Shown in pieces: positions 48,597 to 58,858 of a stretch of 64,000 nucleotides of DNA. A model generated the notes under the pieces. That model saw only the letters and a program-made list of their open reading frames with translations, was not told the origin of the DNA and did not search any database. Within the stretch, counting starts at the first letter, position 1. Each line of letters starts with the position of its first letter. Origin of the DNA: Deltaproteobacteria bacterium. GTDB lineage: Bacteria; Desulfobacterota; Syntrophia; Syntrophales; UBA6807. The DNA is taken from contig DSDU01000243.1 in assembly GCA_011056835.1 (NCBI GenBank), forward strand, positions 6,305 to 70,304. Direction: 5' to 3'. Position numbers and translations under genes: made by a program.

Positions 48597-50246
48597 ATGC
48601 ATCGATCAATAGGCAGAATCCTGTTAGTTGTAGTGCTTTCCTGGTGTGTGTGCATCGGGGGGATGTCTCCGGTGTACGCAGCGAAGAAGACGAGAATAGC
48701 CGTCGTCGATCTTGATTCTCAGGGTGATAAGGCGAAGGAAGATGAACTCGGAACAATGGCATCGCAACTGCTGACGGCTGAATTTGTCAAAGGAGGTCGT
48801 TTTGATGTAATTGAACGACAGGCATTGAAGAAGATAGTCGAAGAGCAGCAACTTGGTCTCACAGGACTGGTCGATGCCAATACGGCGGCGCAACTGGGGC
48901 GTGTTCTCGGTGCCACGTATATCGTTACCGGTTCCGTCATCAGCTATCCCCGAGGTATGGATCTTGTTGTCAAAATCGTTGAAACGGAGAGTGCATCGAT
49001 CAAAGTTGCCGATCGCCTGTCGGCGGGAACCTCGTCGGAACTATTCAGAAAAATCCCAGGTTTTGTGTCGCAGATTACCGATCAATTCCCCCTGAGAGGT
49101 ATTATTATTCAAAAAAAGGAAAAGTCCTATACCATTGATATGGGGAAACAAGAAGGGGTAAAAAAAGGCATGAACTTTGAGGTATACCAGGAGGGGCAGC
49201 CTATTAAACACCCCATGACCGGGGAGATCCTCGGAACTGAAAAAATTCGCATTGGTCTCATCAGGATTATCGATGTTCAGGAGAAAATCGCTGTCGCTTC
49301 GGTGGTAAAGAAGGAACCGAAGCAGGCTATTGACGTCGGGAATCGGGTACTGTCAGTAACGGGTCCTTCCCAATCGGTACCCGCGACATACACGAGATCA
49401 TCAACGGGCGCCCTTCGATACTCCCAATCATGGGGGCGGAAAGGCACCGGCACGGCCGATTTTAATCTTCCCTACGGGATCGCAGCGGATGCCGAAGGAC
49501 ATGTCTATGTGGCGGATACATACAACAATCGTATTCAGGTTTTCAATTCGAATGGAACCTTCCTCAGAAGTTGGGGGCAGAAGGGAACTGGTCAGGGACA
49601 ACTCTTGCTGCCCTATGACGTCGCCGTCGATCGACAGGGAAATGTTTACGTTGCCGATACGTATAATTTCCGGATTCAGAAGTTCGATACCTCGGGGAGG
49701 GTCGTTCTTCAGTGGGGGCGGAAGGGCGCCGGCATCAGTGAGTTTGCCTTTCTCAGCGGCGTTGCGGTCGGTCCCGAAGGTTCGGTATACACCACTGACG
49801 CAAAAATGAACAGGATTCAAGTCTTTAATGGTGACGGACGGTATCTTCGATCGTGGGGACAGGCCGGTAAGGAAACGGGAAATTTCGTGGCACCCATGGG
49901 AATCACGGTTGACAATAGCGGCAACGTCTATGTGGCGGACAGCAAGATGCAGCGGGTGCAGGTTTTCGGATCACGGGGAAACTTCAAAAATGCAATAACC
50001 GGCACAATGGTGTATCCCGTTGATGTGACTGTCGATCAGAGCAGCGGCAACCTGTATGTCCTCGATGGAGCAAGTCACTCTTTCTGGGAAATGTCTCCGG
50101 TCGGGCAGATTCTCATGACTTTTGGAGGAGCTGGAAGCAGCAGTGCCCAGTTTATCAAACCGTATGGTATTTGCGCCGATGACGCAGGGAATATATTTGT
50201 GGCCGATACGGCGAACTGCCGTATCCAGAAATTTTCACGGGAATGA
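48597..50246 (+). CDS. mirror copy: CsgG-like domain / NHL-repeat propeller protein
   Basis: Mirror of 16367..18016(-); identical 549 aa. Confidence 0.8.
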   Translation: MHRSIGRILLVVVLSWCVCIGGMSPVYAAKKTRIAVVDLDSQGDKAKEDELGTMASQLLTAEFVKGGRFDVIERQALKKIVEEQQLGLTGLVDANTAAQLGRVLGATYIVTGSVISYPRGMDLVVKIVETESASIKVADRLSAGTSSELFRKIPGFVSQITDQFPLRGIIIQKKEKSYTIDMGKQEGVKKGMNFEVYQEGQPIKHPMTGEILGTEKIRIGLIRIIDVQEKIAVASVVKKEPKQAIDVGNRVLSVTGPSQSVPATYTRSSTGALRYSQSWGRKGTGTADFNLPYGIAADAEGHVYVADTYNNRIQVFNSNGTFLRSWGQKGTGQGQLLLPYDVAVDRQGNVYVADTYNFRIQKFDTSGRVVLQWGRKGAGISEFAFLSGVAVGPEGSVYTTDAKMNRIQVFNGDGRYLRSWGQAGKETGNFVAPMGITVDNSGNVYVADSKMQRVQVFGSRGNFKNAITGTMVYPVDVTVDQSSGNLYVLDGASHSFWEMSPVGQILMTFGGAGSSSAQFIKPYGICADDAGNIFVADTANCRIQKFSRE

Positions 50247-50342
50247 TGGATCTCCCGTAGTATCGTTCCTGATTCGACTCTTATATTCGATAGTAATGAT
50301 ATATCAACGGATTGAGCTTCGTTGAAGGGCAAAAGTGTATTT

Positions 50343-50819
50343 CTATGGACTTTGCATCGTCTCAGCAAGTGTCAGCGTCCCCCCGGCAATCTTCATATCT
50401 TCAATGGAAGCCTCCACGGTGAAAAGAAAAAAACTTCCGTATTGTTTTTGAAGCTGCGCCGCCAGACGAAGCGTATCCCCCGGTTTTGCAGGTGTCATGA
50501 ATTTCATGTTGACGCCGGCAAGGACGAGATTTAAATTACTTTTCCGGGGAACGGCGGCGTCACGCTTCAGGGTGAGACCGACCAAAAGACCACATGCCTG
50601 GGCAAGTGCCTCCGATATCAGCACACCCGGCATGATGGGACGTTCCGGAAAATGACCTGCAAAAAACGAGTCATCCGCCTGAAGCTGTTTCATGCAGACA
50701 ATGCTCTTACCCGTGGAAAAGCTTACTACCCCGTCGATGAATAGAAAAGGACTTCTATGGGGAAGGATCGCCTGTACCTCCGAGAGATCATATATATACG
50801 GATCGAACATGGCTGTCAT
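50343..50819 (-). CDS. mirror copy: FabZ-like dehydratase
   Basis: Mirror of 15794..16270(+); identical 158 aa. Confidence 0.85.
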   Translation of the reverse strand: MTAMFDPYIYDLSEVQAILPHRSPFLFIDGVVSFSTGKSIVCMKQLQADDSFFAGHFPERPIMPGVLISEALAQACGLLVGLTLKRDAAVPRKSNLNLVLAGVNMKFMTPAKPGDTLRLAAQLQKQYGSFFLFTVEASIEDMKIAGGTLTLAETMQSP

Positions 50820-50825
50820 CCTTTC

Positions 50826-51773
50826 TCACCGCCAACACCCTGGTTTTTTAACGAATTTTTCGATAATGGTTTCAATGGTCTTTACTTTATCCGTTATCAT
50901 GGCTTCGATTGTTCGGTCAATCCACCTGACGGTTCTGTAGATGACGGAACCGGGGCCGACTTCTATGAATATAAAATTATCGTTTAAACGGAGTTTCTTT
51001 ATTACGTCAACCCAGAGAACAGGGCTGCTGAGCTGATCGGCCATTGTTTTTTTCAGCTTTTCTCCGTCGGTTACCAGGTCGAGTGAACTGTATGAAAGAA
51101 GTGGGACCCGGGGTGATGCTACGTTGATTGTGTTAAGATGCGTGTGAAAACGGAGGCTGCTGTTCGCCATCAATATAGAGTGATATGCCGTTTCTGCCGC
51201 CAGGAAATACGCGTCCAGCGCCCCTTCTGCGCAAGCTATTTCCATGGCCTTGGAAACGGAGGAACGGAGACCTGATACAATAATCTGACGGGAGGTATTC
51301 CTGATTGCTACCTGAACCGTGCCGGACCGGCGGCAGATAAGCTCCGTCTGTTCACCGGAGAGTCCGAAAATAACTGCCATACATCCGTCAAAATTCCCGC
51401 CCTCATCGAGAAGTATCTCCCCCGCCCGCTTTACCAGGTCAAGACCATCCGTAAAATCAAAGCAACCGGCGGCATATGCAGCGGCATAGAAGCCTGAACT
51501 GTATCCGGAAGTTATAAGAGGTTCGATACGGTGAGCCCGTAACACTTCAGTGATGGCACAGCTGATGGTATACACGGCGAGTTGCGCATTCAGATCAGAA
51601 TTCAGTTCTTCGTCGGGACCTTCGAAACAGAGTCGTCTTAGGGAGAAATCCAGATGACCGTCGGCACGATCAAAGATATTCCTGGCTTCCGGGAATGATT
51701 CGTAGATGTCATATCCCATGCCCCTGTAGTGTGATCCCTGCCCGGGGTAGAGAAAAATGAGGTTATTTTCCAT
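50826..51773 (-). CDS. mirror copy: FabD-like acyltransferase
   Basis: Mirror of 14840..15787(+). Confidence 0.75.
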   Translation of the reverse strand: MENNLIFLYPGQGSHYRGMGYDIYESFPEARNIFDRADGHLDFSLRRLCFEGPDEELNSDLNAQLAVYTISCAITEVLRAHRIEPLITSGYSSGFYAAAYAAGCFDFTDGLDLVKRAGEILLDEGGNFDGCMAVIFGLSGEQTELICRRSGTVQVAIRNTSRQIIVSGLRSSVSKAMEIACAEGALDAYFLAAETAYHSILMANSSLRFHTHLNTINVASPRVPLLSYSSLDLVTDGEKLKKTMADQLSSPVLWVDVIKKLRLNDNFIFIEVGPGSVIYRTVRWIDRTIEAMITDKVKTIETIIEKFVKKPGCWR

Positions 51774-52440
51774 TTCCCATGCCTCTCCCGTCATCAGGGA
51801 TATCGACCAGAAATATTTCCGCTGCCAGTGGTTCATTTATCGATGTGAACTCCAGGCGTATTGACGTAAAATCACCATTCTTTTCCAGTATGTCAATACG
51901 GCGGGGCAGCCATTGATCGGGGGCAATGTCCATTTCAATTATTTCGATGCGTTGTGCCATTCTTTTCTGTCTCGGGATCAGCTTCAGATGGTATGTGCCG
52001 TCATTGCCGATAGAGTCGAGGGTAAAAGCATAATGCTTTTCAAATTCCTCGACCGGTTTTCCCATGCCGAAATATTCTTTAAGGATATTGTTACCCAGGT
52101 ATCGTTCTTTGCTTTTCCCCGTGTTCGGATAATACACGAGGAACAGCCTGTTTTTAAAGAGCAACGTGACCGGTGTCGGGTTGAGAATTTTGCAGAGCAT
52201 CATCCCCGGCGCCTGGAAGTAAATCGTTCCTTCGGAGTGCAACGGCTCTTTCAACAGGCGGGTTGATTTTACCTGTATGAACGTTGCGGTGAGCGTATTC
52301 AGGGATTTTTCCCGTTCTTTCAACTGCTGTACGATACGCGCCGACTCGTCCTGGCTCGAAACCGGCGAGGATATCCCCTTGTGTGGAATGAAGAGAAAAC
52401 CTATTAAAATGAGCAGACAAGTACCGTATCGTCGAATCAT
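51763..52440 (-). CDS. mirror copy: LolA-like carrier protein
   Basis: Mirror of 14173..14850(+); identical 225 aa. Confidence 0.6.
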   Translation of the reverse strand: MIRRYGTCLLILIGFLFIPHKGISSPVSSQDESARIVQQLKEREKSLNTLTATFIQVKSTRLLKEPLHSEGTIYFQAPGMMLCKILNPTPVTLLFKNRLFLVYYPNTGKSKERYLGNNILKEYFGMGKPVEEFEKHYAFTLDSIGNDGTYHLKLIPRQKRMAQRIEIIEMDIAPDQWLPRRIDILEKNGDFTSIRLEFTSINEPLAAEIFLVDIPDDGRGMGNGK

Positions 52441-52441
52441 G

Positions 52442-53719
52442 CTACCCCCGAAGCGTTTTTTTCCAAGCTTGACGAAAACCGTAGTTCTGTATGCCGAAAA
52501 AAAGACTGTTCTTATTCAATGGAAGAAGTCTCAACGCAATGGAGCGGAGACCGTACAAACGCTTATATGCCCATGTGAAGCCGTCCTGCAGTTCGTCCAC
52601 AGTCATGTTCTTCGGCGTGAAAACGACGTGATTCATATCGTAGTGCTCCCAGTTTGTGTCGATGATCCTGTTTTCCCGAACAAGTGCTTCGTAGACGCGG
52701 GTTCCCGGATATGGTGTCAGAATCGAAAACAAGGCCGCCTCGATGCGGGTTCTTTCAATGAATCGAAGCACATCGGGAAAAACGGTTTTATCATCATAAT
52801 CGGTTCCGAAGATAAACGAACCCTGGATACCGATTCCATGGTCGTGTATCGTTTGTATGGCGCTTCGGTATTCCGCCGCACGATTCATCGATTTTCCCAT
52901 GGCTTTGAGGTTTTCCTGCGATAGAGATTCAAAGCCGATGAACAATCCCATACATCCGCTGTCCTGTGCCAACGCCAGCAATTCCCGGTCTTTTACAATG
53001 TTCAGTGATGCTTGGCTGAACCATTTGATCTTCATCGGGATGAGGGTCCTGAACAGTTCCTTTGCATAGGCGGGTCTCCCCGCGATGTTGTCGTCCACAA
53101 AAAACAGGAATCCCTTTTCCATCCGGCTGATTTCATCAACAACATCATTGATCGGCCGGACGCGATAGGTGCGGCCGTAGAACGAGGTGACCGAACAGAA
53201 ATCGCAGTCGAAGGGGCACCCACGGGTCGTCTGAATTGTGTTGGTGAAAAAATATTTCCTGCGATTGAGGAGGTCTCGCCGCGGAAGGGGGAGATTCACC
53301 AATGAATGAAAATGCTGCGGTTCATAAAAAGGCTGGAGGGTTCCCTCAAGAAAGTCTGACAGAACCCGGGGCCACGTGTCTTCCGCCTCGCCCGTCACCA
53401 CGGAATCGGCATGACGTTTCGCCTCATGTTTCATCGTTGTTGCATGAATGCCGCCGATAATGACGGGAACGCCTCGTTTCCTGAATGTGTCCGCGATTTC
53501 GTATCCTCGCGTTGCCAGGGGAGTCATGATCGAGATCGCCGCAAGGTCCGGCGGATTGGAAAAGTCCAGCGGTTCAGCATTTTCGTCGATGATAGAAACC
53601 TCCCAGCTGTCACCGGTCAACCCCGCCACGGTCGTTACGGAGAGATAGGGGAATCGAAAGTAAATCTGACCCCAGAGACTGTCGGCGGGCCATTTTGGTA
53701 TGATCAAATGAAGTTTCAC
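52442..53719 (-). CDS. mirror copy: B12-binding radical SAM enzyme
   Basis: Mirror of 12894..14171(+). Confidence 0.8.
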   Translation of the reverse strand: MKLHLIIPKWPADSLWGQIYFRFPYLSVTTVAGLTGDSWEVSIIDENAEPLDFSNPPDLAAISIMTPLATRGYEIADTFRKRGVPVIIGGIHATTMKHEAKRHADSVVTGEAEDTWPRVLSDFLEGTLQPFYEPQHFHSLVNLPLPRRDLLNRRKYFFTNTIQTTRGCPFDCDFCSVTSFYGRTYRVRPINDVVDEISRMEKGFLFFVDDNIAGRPAYAKELFRTLIPMKIKWFSQASLNIVKDRELLALAQDSGCMGLFIGFESLSQENLKAMGKSMNRAAEYRSAIQTIHDHGIGIQGSFIFGTDYDDKTVFPDVLRFIERTRIEAALFSILTPYPGTRVYEALVRENRIIDTNWEHYDMNHVVFTPKNMTVDELQDGFTWAYKRLYGLRSIALRLLPLNKNSLFFGIQNYGFRQAWKKTLRG

Positions 53720-54615
53720 GGCATTTCCCCTTTGCTGATGGGATCGGGACAATACCACTGGTCGGGATATCGGCGAATATATGATTCAAACACCCGTGCC
53801 AGTTTGTTCAGGGTCGTGTCGAGAACCATCTCTTCGTTGCCTTGATCCGAAACGGGAATTGCTTCTTCCAGAATGCCCACATATCGTCCGTCAGGCTGTT
53901 TTATTATGAAAACGGGAATAAGCGGTGCCCCCGATTTCATGGCCACCATGGCAGGACCGATGGGAAAATCCACCTTTTCCCCGAAGTATGTCACGGATTT
54001 TCCCCGCCCGAAAAAGTCCTTGTCTCCGACCATGGCGACGATTTTATTCATTCTGAGGTGCTTCAGGATTTGAAGACCCGAAAACGGCGACAGAGGGTTC
54101 ATTTCTATTATGTCGGTTCCTCTGTGCCGGCGGAGGTGGTTCACGAGGGTGTTTGTCGCTCCCGCATTATGGGATATCGCCACGACCGCCAGGGGGTAAT
54201 TCATAAGACGGAGTAAGCTTCCTCCGATTTCCCAGTTCCCCACATGGGCTGATACGAAAATGGCCCCCTTTCCTCTCGCCAGTGCCTCTTTAAGAACATT
54301 TTCCCCCTGAATGTCGGCAAAGAACTTTTGGACTTTAGAAGGTGGAAGCTGAGGTATGAGGAAGAAATCGACCATGTAGTGTCCGTAGTTTAAAAATATT
54401 CCGCGGACTGTTCGCCGTATAAGCGGATCGGTCGGTGGTCTGTTCAGAGCCAGCGAGAGATTGTTCATGAGGCCGTCCCGGTCACGGTCGGAAAATGCGT
54501 ACACCAGCAGGACCACCATTTTTCCAAGCCAGTGACAAAGCCGGACGGGCAAATACCGGACGGTAAGGAAGATGGCATAATATGATAGTGGGCTGTCAAG
54601 GGCGTGTTTTCTCAT
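53716..54615 (-). CDS. mirror copy: LpxL/HtrB-family-like acyltransferase
   Basis: Mirror of 11998..12897(+); identical 299 aa. Confidence 0.65.
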   Translation of the reverse strand: MRKHALDSPLSYYAIFLTVRYLPVRLCHWLGKMVVLLVYAFSDRDRDGLMNNLSLALNRPPTDPLIRRTVRGIFLNYGHYMVDFFLIPQLPPSKVQKFFADIQGENVLKEALARGKGAIFVSAHVGNWEIGGSLLRLMNYPLAVVAISHNAGATNTLVNHLRRHRGTDIIEMNPLSPFSGLQILKHLRMNKIVAMVGDKDFFGRGKSVTYFGEKVDFPIGPAMVAMKSGAPLIPVFIIKQPDGRYVGILEEAIPVSDQGNEEMVLDTTLNKLARVFESYIRRYPDQWYCPDPISKGEMP

Positions 54616-54654
54616 TGAGATAGATTGTTCGAACCTTTCATGGTGGTTACGTGC

Positions 54655-55413
54655 TCACGGGATTTCCCCGTATGAGAGATCGAGATTCTTTTCAATAAAT
54701 GACCGCACTGTTTCCATCAGCGCTTCACCGTCATTCTCTCCGAAACGTTTCGGATCGATTTCATCGCCGACAACAATCTCCATTTTCCCCGGCAACAGAT
54801 CCAGCGTTCCTTTTCGAAGGGCAAAACGGCCGCCGTTGACCGTAACCGGCAGGATCGAAACCCCTGATCTGAGTGCCAGCACCGCTCCCCCAAGGCGAAA
54901 CGTCAGTAACCGGCCATCCTTGCTTCGTGTTCCTTCAGGAAAAATTATCACTGATGTTCCTTCTTTGACTCTGCGGGCGGCTTCGTTCAGCCCTGCGTAT
55001 GCATCTGTTCGGTTGCCCCTGTCGATATAAATGTGTCCCATTCTTTCGAGAGCATAGCCGAAGACGGGGATCTTGCGGATTTCTTTTTTAACAATCCACC
55101 TGATTTGAAGCGGAAGCTTCCCTATCAGGACCCAGACGTCGAATAAACTCTGGTGATTGGACATGACAATGTATGAACGGCTTGTATCTATCTTTTCCTT
55201 ACCCTTGATTTTCACCTGCGTCCCGGAAAGATAAACGTTGAGAAGCGACCAGAATCGGCCGATATAGTGAACAACAGTGCCTCTTTTATCAAAAAAAGAA
55301 ATAACAATCACAATGATGCCCAGGATAAGCGTATTCAGGATAACGGATATCAGATAAAAGGGACGTATTAACGGGTAGAGGACCCAGTAAAAAAGAACCT
55401 TCATGATTTTCAT
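54655..55413 (-). CDS. mirror copy: PlsC/LPLAT-family acyltransferase
   Basis: Mirror of 11200..11958(+). Confidence 0.8.
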   Translation of the reverse strand: MKIMKVLFYWVLYPLIRPFYLISVILNTLILGIIVIVISFFDKRGTVVHYIGRFWSLLNVYLSGTQVKIKGKEKIDTSRSYIVMSNHQSLFDVWVLIGKLPLQIRWIVKKEIRKIPVFGYALERMGHIYIDRGNRTDAYAGLNEAARRVKEGTSVIIFPEGTRSKDGRLLTFRLGGAVLALRSGVSILPVTVNGGRFALRKGTLDLLPGKMEIVVGDEIDPKRFGENDGEALMETVRSFIEKNLDLSYGEIP

Positions 55414-55648
55414 GCTCTCCGGGCTGTCGATCGGATTCGTGATGTTCGGCAATCCTGCGTGGATAAAAAAATCTTTACACTGATTTGATTGTATGTTTAA
55501 TTTCGCTTTCCTGTAACAGTGGAATACTTGAGTGCAAGAAAAACTGTGTACAAATATCAGAAAAAAAAGTCAAACTCAAATTTGAGGCTTTTACCCGCAG
55601 GTTCCACGGCAGTCTAATTGTTAACTGAGCGGCGTCGGGATAAACAAA

Positions 55649-56221
55649 ATGCATCGGCACACTGCGATTCATCTCTTTCGAAAAACATGGTGTATGTTCA
55701 TCATGATCTGCCTGGTCGGCTGTTCGACGAAATACACGGTTGACGCTCCCGACTATCATGGTTATGCGGGAGAAATCAATCGACATGAGAGGTTCGTCAA
55801 CGCGGATAAAAAACGGATTTTTGAATTGCTGACGAATGAAGAAACGTTTCAGACGTTCTGTCCCAGCGGAACCATGGTGAGCTTCGAACCGCTGCTGCCG
55901 TATCAGCAGGGAACCGTTGTTACGACGAAGATCGAACATATATTCAAGCTTGGCTGGACGTCTCGCGTTGAAGAGGTTGCTCCCTGTGATCGGATACGGT
56001 TAAGTTTTCGTGACGGCTTCTTCGCCGGAGGAACGGAACTATGGGAACTGGAGCGCGTCGATGAGGGGACGCTGGTAATCCAGACAATAATTGTAGAGCC
56101 CAGGGGATACATCCGTCGTATATTCTGGAATCTCAAGATCAGGCTGAAGCACAATGTCATGGTTGAAGCGTTTCTCGATAAGTTGAAGGAACGGGCCGAA
56201 TCGCCGCAGAAAGGCATATGA
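55649..56221 (+). CDS. mirror copy: lipoprotein, possibly SRPBCC fold
   Basis: Mirror of 10392..10964(-); identical 190 aa. Confidence 0.5.
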   Translation: MHRHTAIHLFRKTWCMFIMICLVGCSTKYTVDAPDYHGYAGEINRHERFVNADKKRIFELLTNEETFQTFCPSGTMVSFEPLLPYQQGTVVTTKIEHIFKLGWTSRVEEVAPCDRIRLSFRDGFFAGGTELWELERVDEGTLVIQTIIVEPRGYIRRIFWNLKIRLKHNVMVEAFLDKLKERAESPQKGI

Positions 56222-57067
56222 ATGAACACATGTTGTTCCTGCATCTTATGTCATGAGATAAATGCTACATTAGTGTGCCGGAGGGAGCGGTGGCGATATG
56301 TTCAATGTAAAAACTGCGGTCTTGTATGGATTGTCCCCCGTCCTTCCCCTTCGGAACTTTCTGAACAATATAAAGATTATCTGCCGGTGGATCACGAAGA
56401 AATAGCCGCGTGGGACCGGATGATGATGCCGGTTGTTCGTTCGTCTGCACATCTGATCAGAACGAGGACCGGCGCCGATGGCGGGAAATTGCTTGACATC
56501 GGTTGCGGATTCGGTTTTTTCCTTCGGGAAATGAAAAATTGCGGCTGGCAGGTCGAAGGGGTCGAAATATCTCCTGCCGGCATTCAATACATTCGGGATC
56601 GGTGGGATATCCCCGTTCACATTCGACCGCTTGAAGAACTTTCACTAACTGACAACGTCTTTGATGCCGTTACGCTCTTTTACGTCATTGAACACGTGCA
56701 TGATCCGATAAAACTGTTGTTGGAAGTCAACCGGATTCTCAAGCCCGGAGGTTTCATTTTGCTGAGGTGGCCTCATTCAACTCCTATTGTGAAACTCCTG
56801 GGGCCGCTGAGCAGAAAGCTCAACCTCTACCATACACCTTATCACCTTTATGATTTTGCCCCTGATACGATGAGGACCCTGCTGCACCATACCGGATTTG
56901 GTTATGTCGAGACCGTCATCGGCGGCTCCACCCGCCCATCAAAACGGGCTTACCGGATCCCATCGGTGATATTTGGAAGGCTGGCCGAAATAGTATGTAG
57001 ACAGTCTCACGGAAAGTTCATGCTGCCCGGCGTGAGCAAAACCACAACTGCTTTCAAGTGTTCTTGA
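56222..57067 (+). CDS. mirror copy: SAM-dependent methyltransferase with zinc ribbon
   Basis: Mirror of 9546..10391(-); identical 281 aa. Confidence 0.8.
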   Translation: MNTCCSCILCHEINATLVCRRERWRYVQCKNCGLVWIVPRPSPSELSEQYKDYLPVDHEEIAAWDRMMMPVVRSSAHLIRTRTGADGGKLLDIGCGFGFFLREMKNCGWQVEGVEISPAGIQYIRDRWDIPVHIRPLEELSLTDNVFDAVTLFYVIEHVHDPIKLLLEVNRILKPGGFILLRWPHSTPIVKLLGPLSRKLNLYHTPYHLYDFAPDTMRTLLHHTGFGYVETVIGGSTRPSKRAYRIPSVIFGRLAEIVCRQSHGKFMLPGVSKTTTAFKCS

Positions 57068-57362
57068 AATAGTTTTTGTGCAGTCGAAAATCTCCCGGTG
57101 TCTGAAGATTTTTCTCACACTGAATTGTCCAGTGTTTCAGGCTGTGAGCAGAATCATGCAGGGATTCGGAGGGTCGTGCCTGCGGACTCCGGTGAACGGC
57201 ATCGGGATCAAGCTTTTTTAACGGACTGTTAGAGCATGAATCTGTCGATTTCTCAGCATGCCTGAACAAGAAATGATAGAAATCTTTCCTAATTCCTGTT
57301 ATTGTGGGCACCGTCTGATAGAGATCGGAATGAGACCGTCATCCTGAAAGGTAGAGAGCACC

Positions 57363-58043
57363 ATGAAGAAACTTTTGTATATTCTTGTTATTGCCGTAAG
57401 CATAACTCTAGGGGCGGAACGGGGGATAACCGCCGATATGTATGTCACCGATTCTTTCGAAATAATGCTTCGCACGGGACCGAGCACTAATAATAAAATC
57501 GTATCCATGCTGCCATCAGGTCAGAAGGTTGAGGTTCTGGAGGCAGGTGGTGACTGGACCCATATCCGCGTCAAAGGGGGAAAAGCGGAGGATAAAGAAG
57601 GGTGGGTACTGACTCGCTTTCTCATGACCCGTATGCCGTGGGAGAATCAGACCGAATACTTATTGAGAGAAAACAGCAGATTAAAGGAAAGGGTTCCCCT
57701 TCTTGATGGAAAGGTGAAGGAAACGAACACCCAGCTGCAGCAGGTGACGACGACGCTGAAACAGCAGACAAAGGCTTATGAGGAACTGAAGAAGACTTAT
57801 GCCGAGCTGAAGGGAGGTGCCGCAGACTATTTGAAGCTCAAGGAAGCCCATGAGGTCGCAAAATCAGCCCTGAAGCAGGCGCAACAGACTGTGGCATATC
57901 TGACCGAAGAGAACAAATCGTTAAAATCAACAATCGCCATCAAATGGTTCTTAGCGGGAGCGCTTGTTCTCCTCTTCGGCCTCATGATCGGCCTGGTAGT
58001 CGGACAGAAGCAGAAGAAAAGCAAGTCGATGTTGTATTCGTGA
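57363..58043 (+). CDS. mirror copy: SH3-domain / coiled-coil / membrane-anchor protein
   Basis: Mirror of 8570..9250(-); identical 226 aa. Confidence 0.7.
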   Translation: MKKLLYILVIAVSITLGAERGITADMYVTDSFEIMLRTGPSTNNKIVSMLPSGQKVEVLEAGGDWTHIRVKGGKAEDKEGWVLTRFLMTRMPWENQTEYLLRENSRLKERVPLLDGKVKETNTQLQQVTTTLKQQTKAYEELKKTYAELKGGAADYLKLKEAHEVAKSALKQAQQTVAYLTEENKSLKSTIAIKWFLAGALVLLFGLMIGLVVGQKQKKSKSMLYS

Positions 58044-58194
58044 TCAATGACGGAACAGCGTAAGCCGAAAGCTGCAGGGGATAGTTCATGGACTGTATCA
58101 TCGTCACTTCTCCGCGTTGTTCATTCCATTGCCGGGTTCCCGATACATCGTGGTATGACGTTCCGCTGATGACCGGGTCATTGAGTTGCGGCCT

Positions 58195-58419
58195 TTATAC
58201 GGTTTCCCATCCTGAGAGATCGGATGGTGCCTCGATTTCGGTGAGCGTATCCCATTCATGCAGTCCGGTTTTCTGTTCGTATACGAACCGTGCCGCTTCT
58301 TCGGCGGTTTCCACCGTTCGGAGCCAGAGACCGCCCAGACAGAGCTGGACCATGTCCCAGTGAACTTCGTCGGATTCTATGGAAAACGTACCGACCTTTG
58401 ATCTGAACACATACCGCAT
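58195..58419 (-). CDS. mirror copy: small hypothetical protein
   Basis: Mirror of 8194..8418(+). Confidence 0.45.
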   Translation of the reverse strand: MRYVFRSKVGTFSIESDEVHWDMVQLCLGGLWLRTVETAEEAARFVYEQKTGLHEWDTLTEIEAPSDLSGWETV

Positions 58420-58457
58420 ATTTTCAATCCGCCTTTTTTGAATTTGTTTATGAAACC

Positions 58458-58697
58458 TTACTTTGGTATTGAAGCACTTTTATCATCGATCAAGTTTTTC
58501 ACTCCTGATTTAACCAACGACGGGTTCGTTATCAGCTTGAACCGCTTTACTCCCCGGGCATCAATGAATGTGTCGTCGAGAGCAAGGTCCGCTTTTTTCA
58601 GGATCTTTACGCCGTCGTCAAGAAAGATGACGTGATAGTTCATGACGCCGAAGGCGGGAGCCGCTGCAACAATCAGCAGGAATATGATTTTTCTCAT
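58458..58697 (-). CDS. mirror copy: small secreted protein
   Basis: Mirror of 7916..8155(+). Confidence 0.5.
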   Translation of the reverse strand: MRKIIFLLIVAAAPAFGVMNYHVIFLDDGVKILKKADLALDDTFIDARGVKRFKLITNPSLVKSGVKNLIDDKSASIPK

Positions 58698-58858
58698 ATC
58701 GTGTCACTCCCATGATTTGCAGTTTTGTTTAAACAATTTGACTGAATAATACAACCGCTAATCTATTCTCTGTGCCCGAGGTGACACCATATCGAATGTG
58801 AGGGCACTGCCGCGGCGAAAAAAGATGGAACTCAGGTGAAGCGCAGAATCCTTTCAGT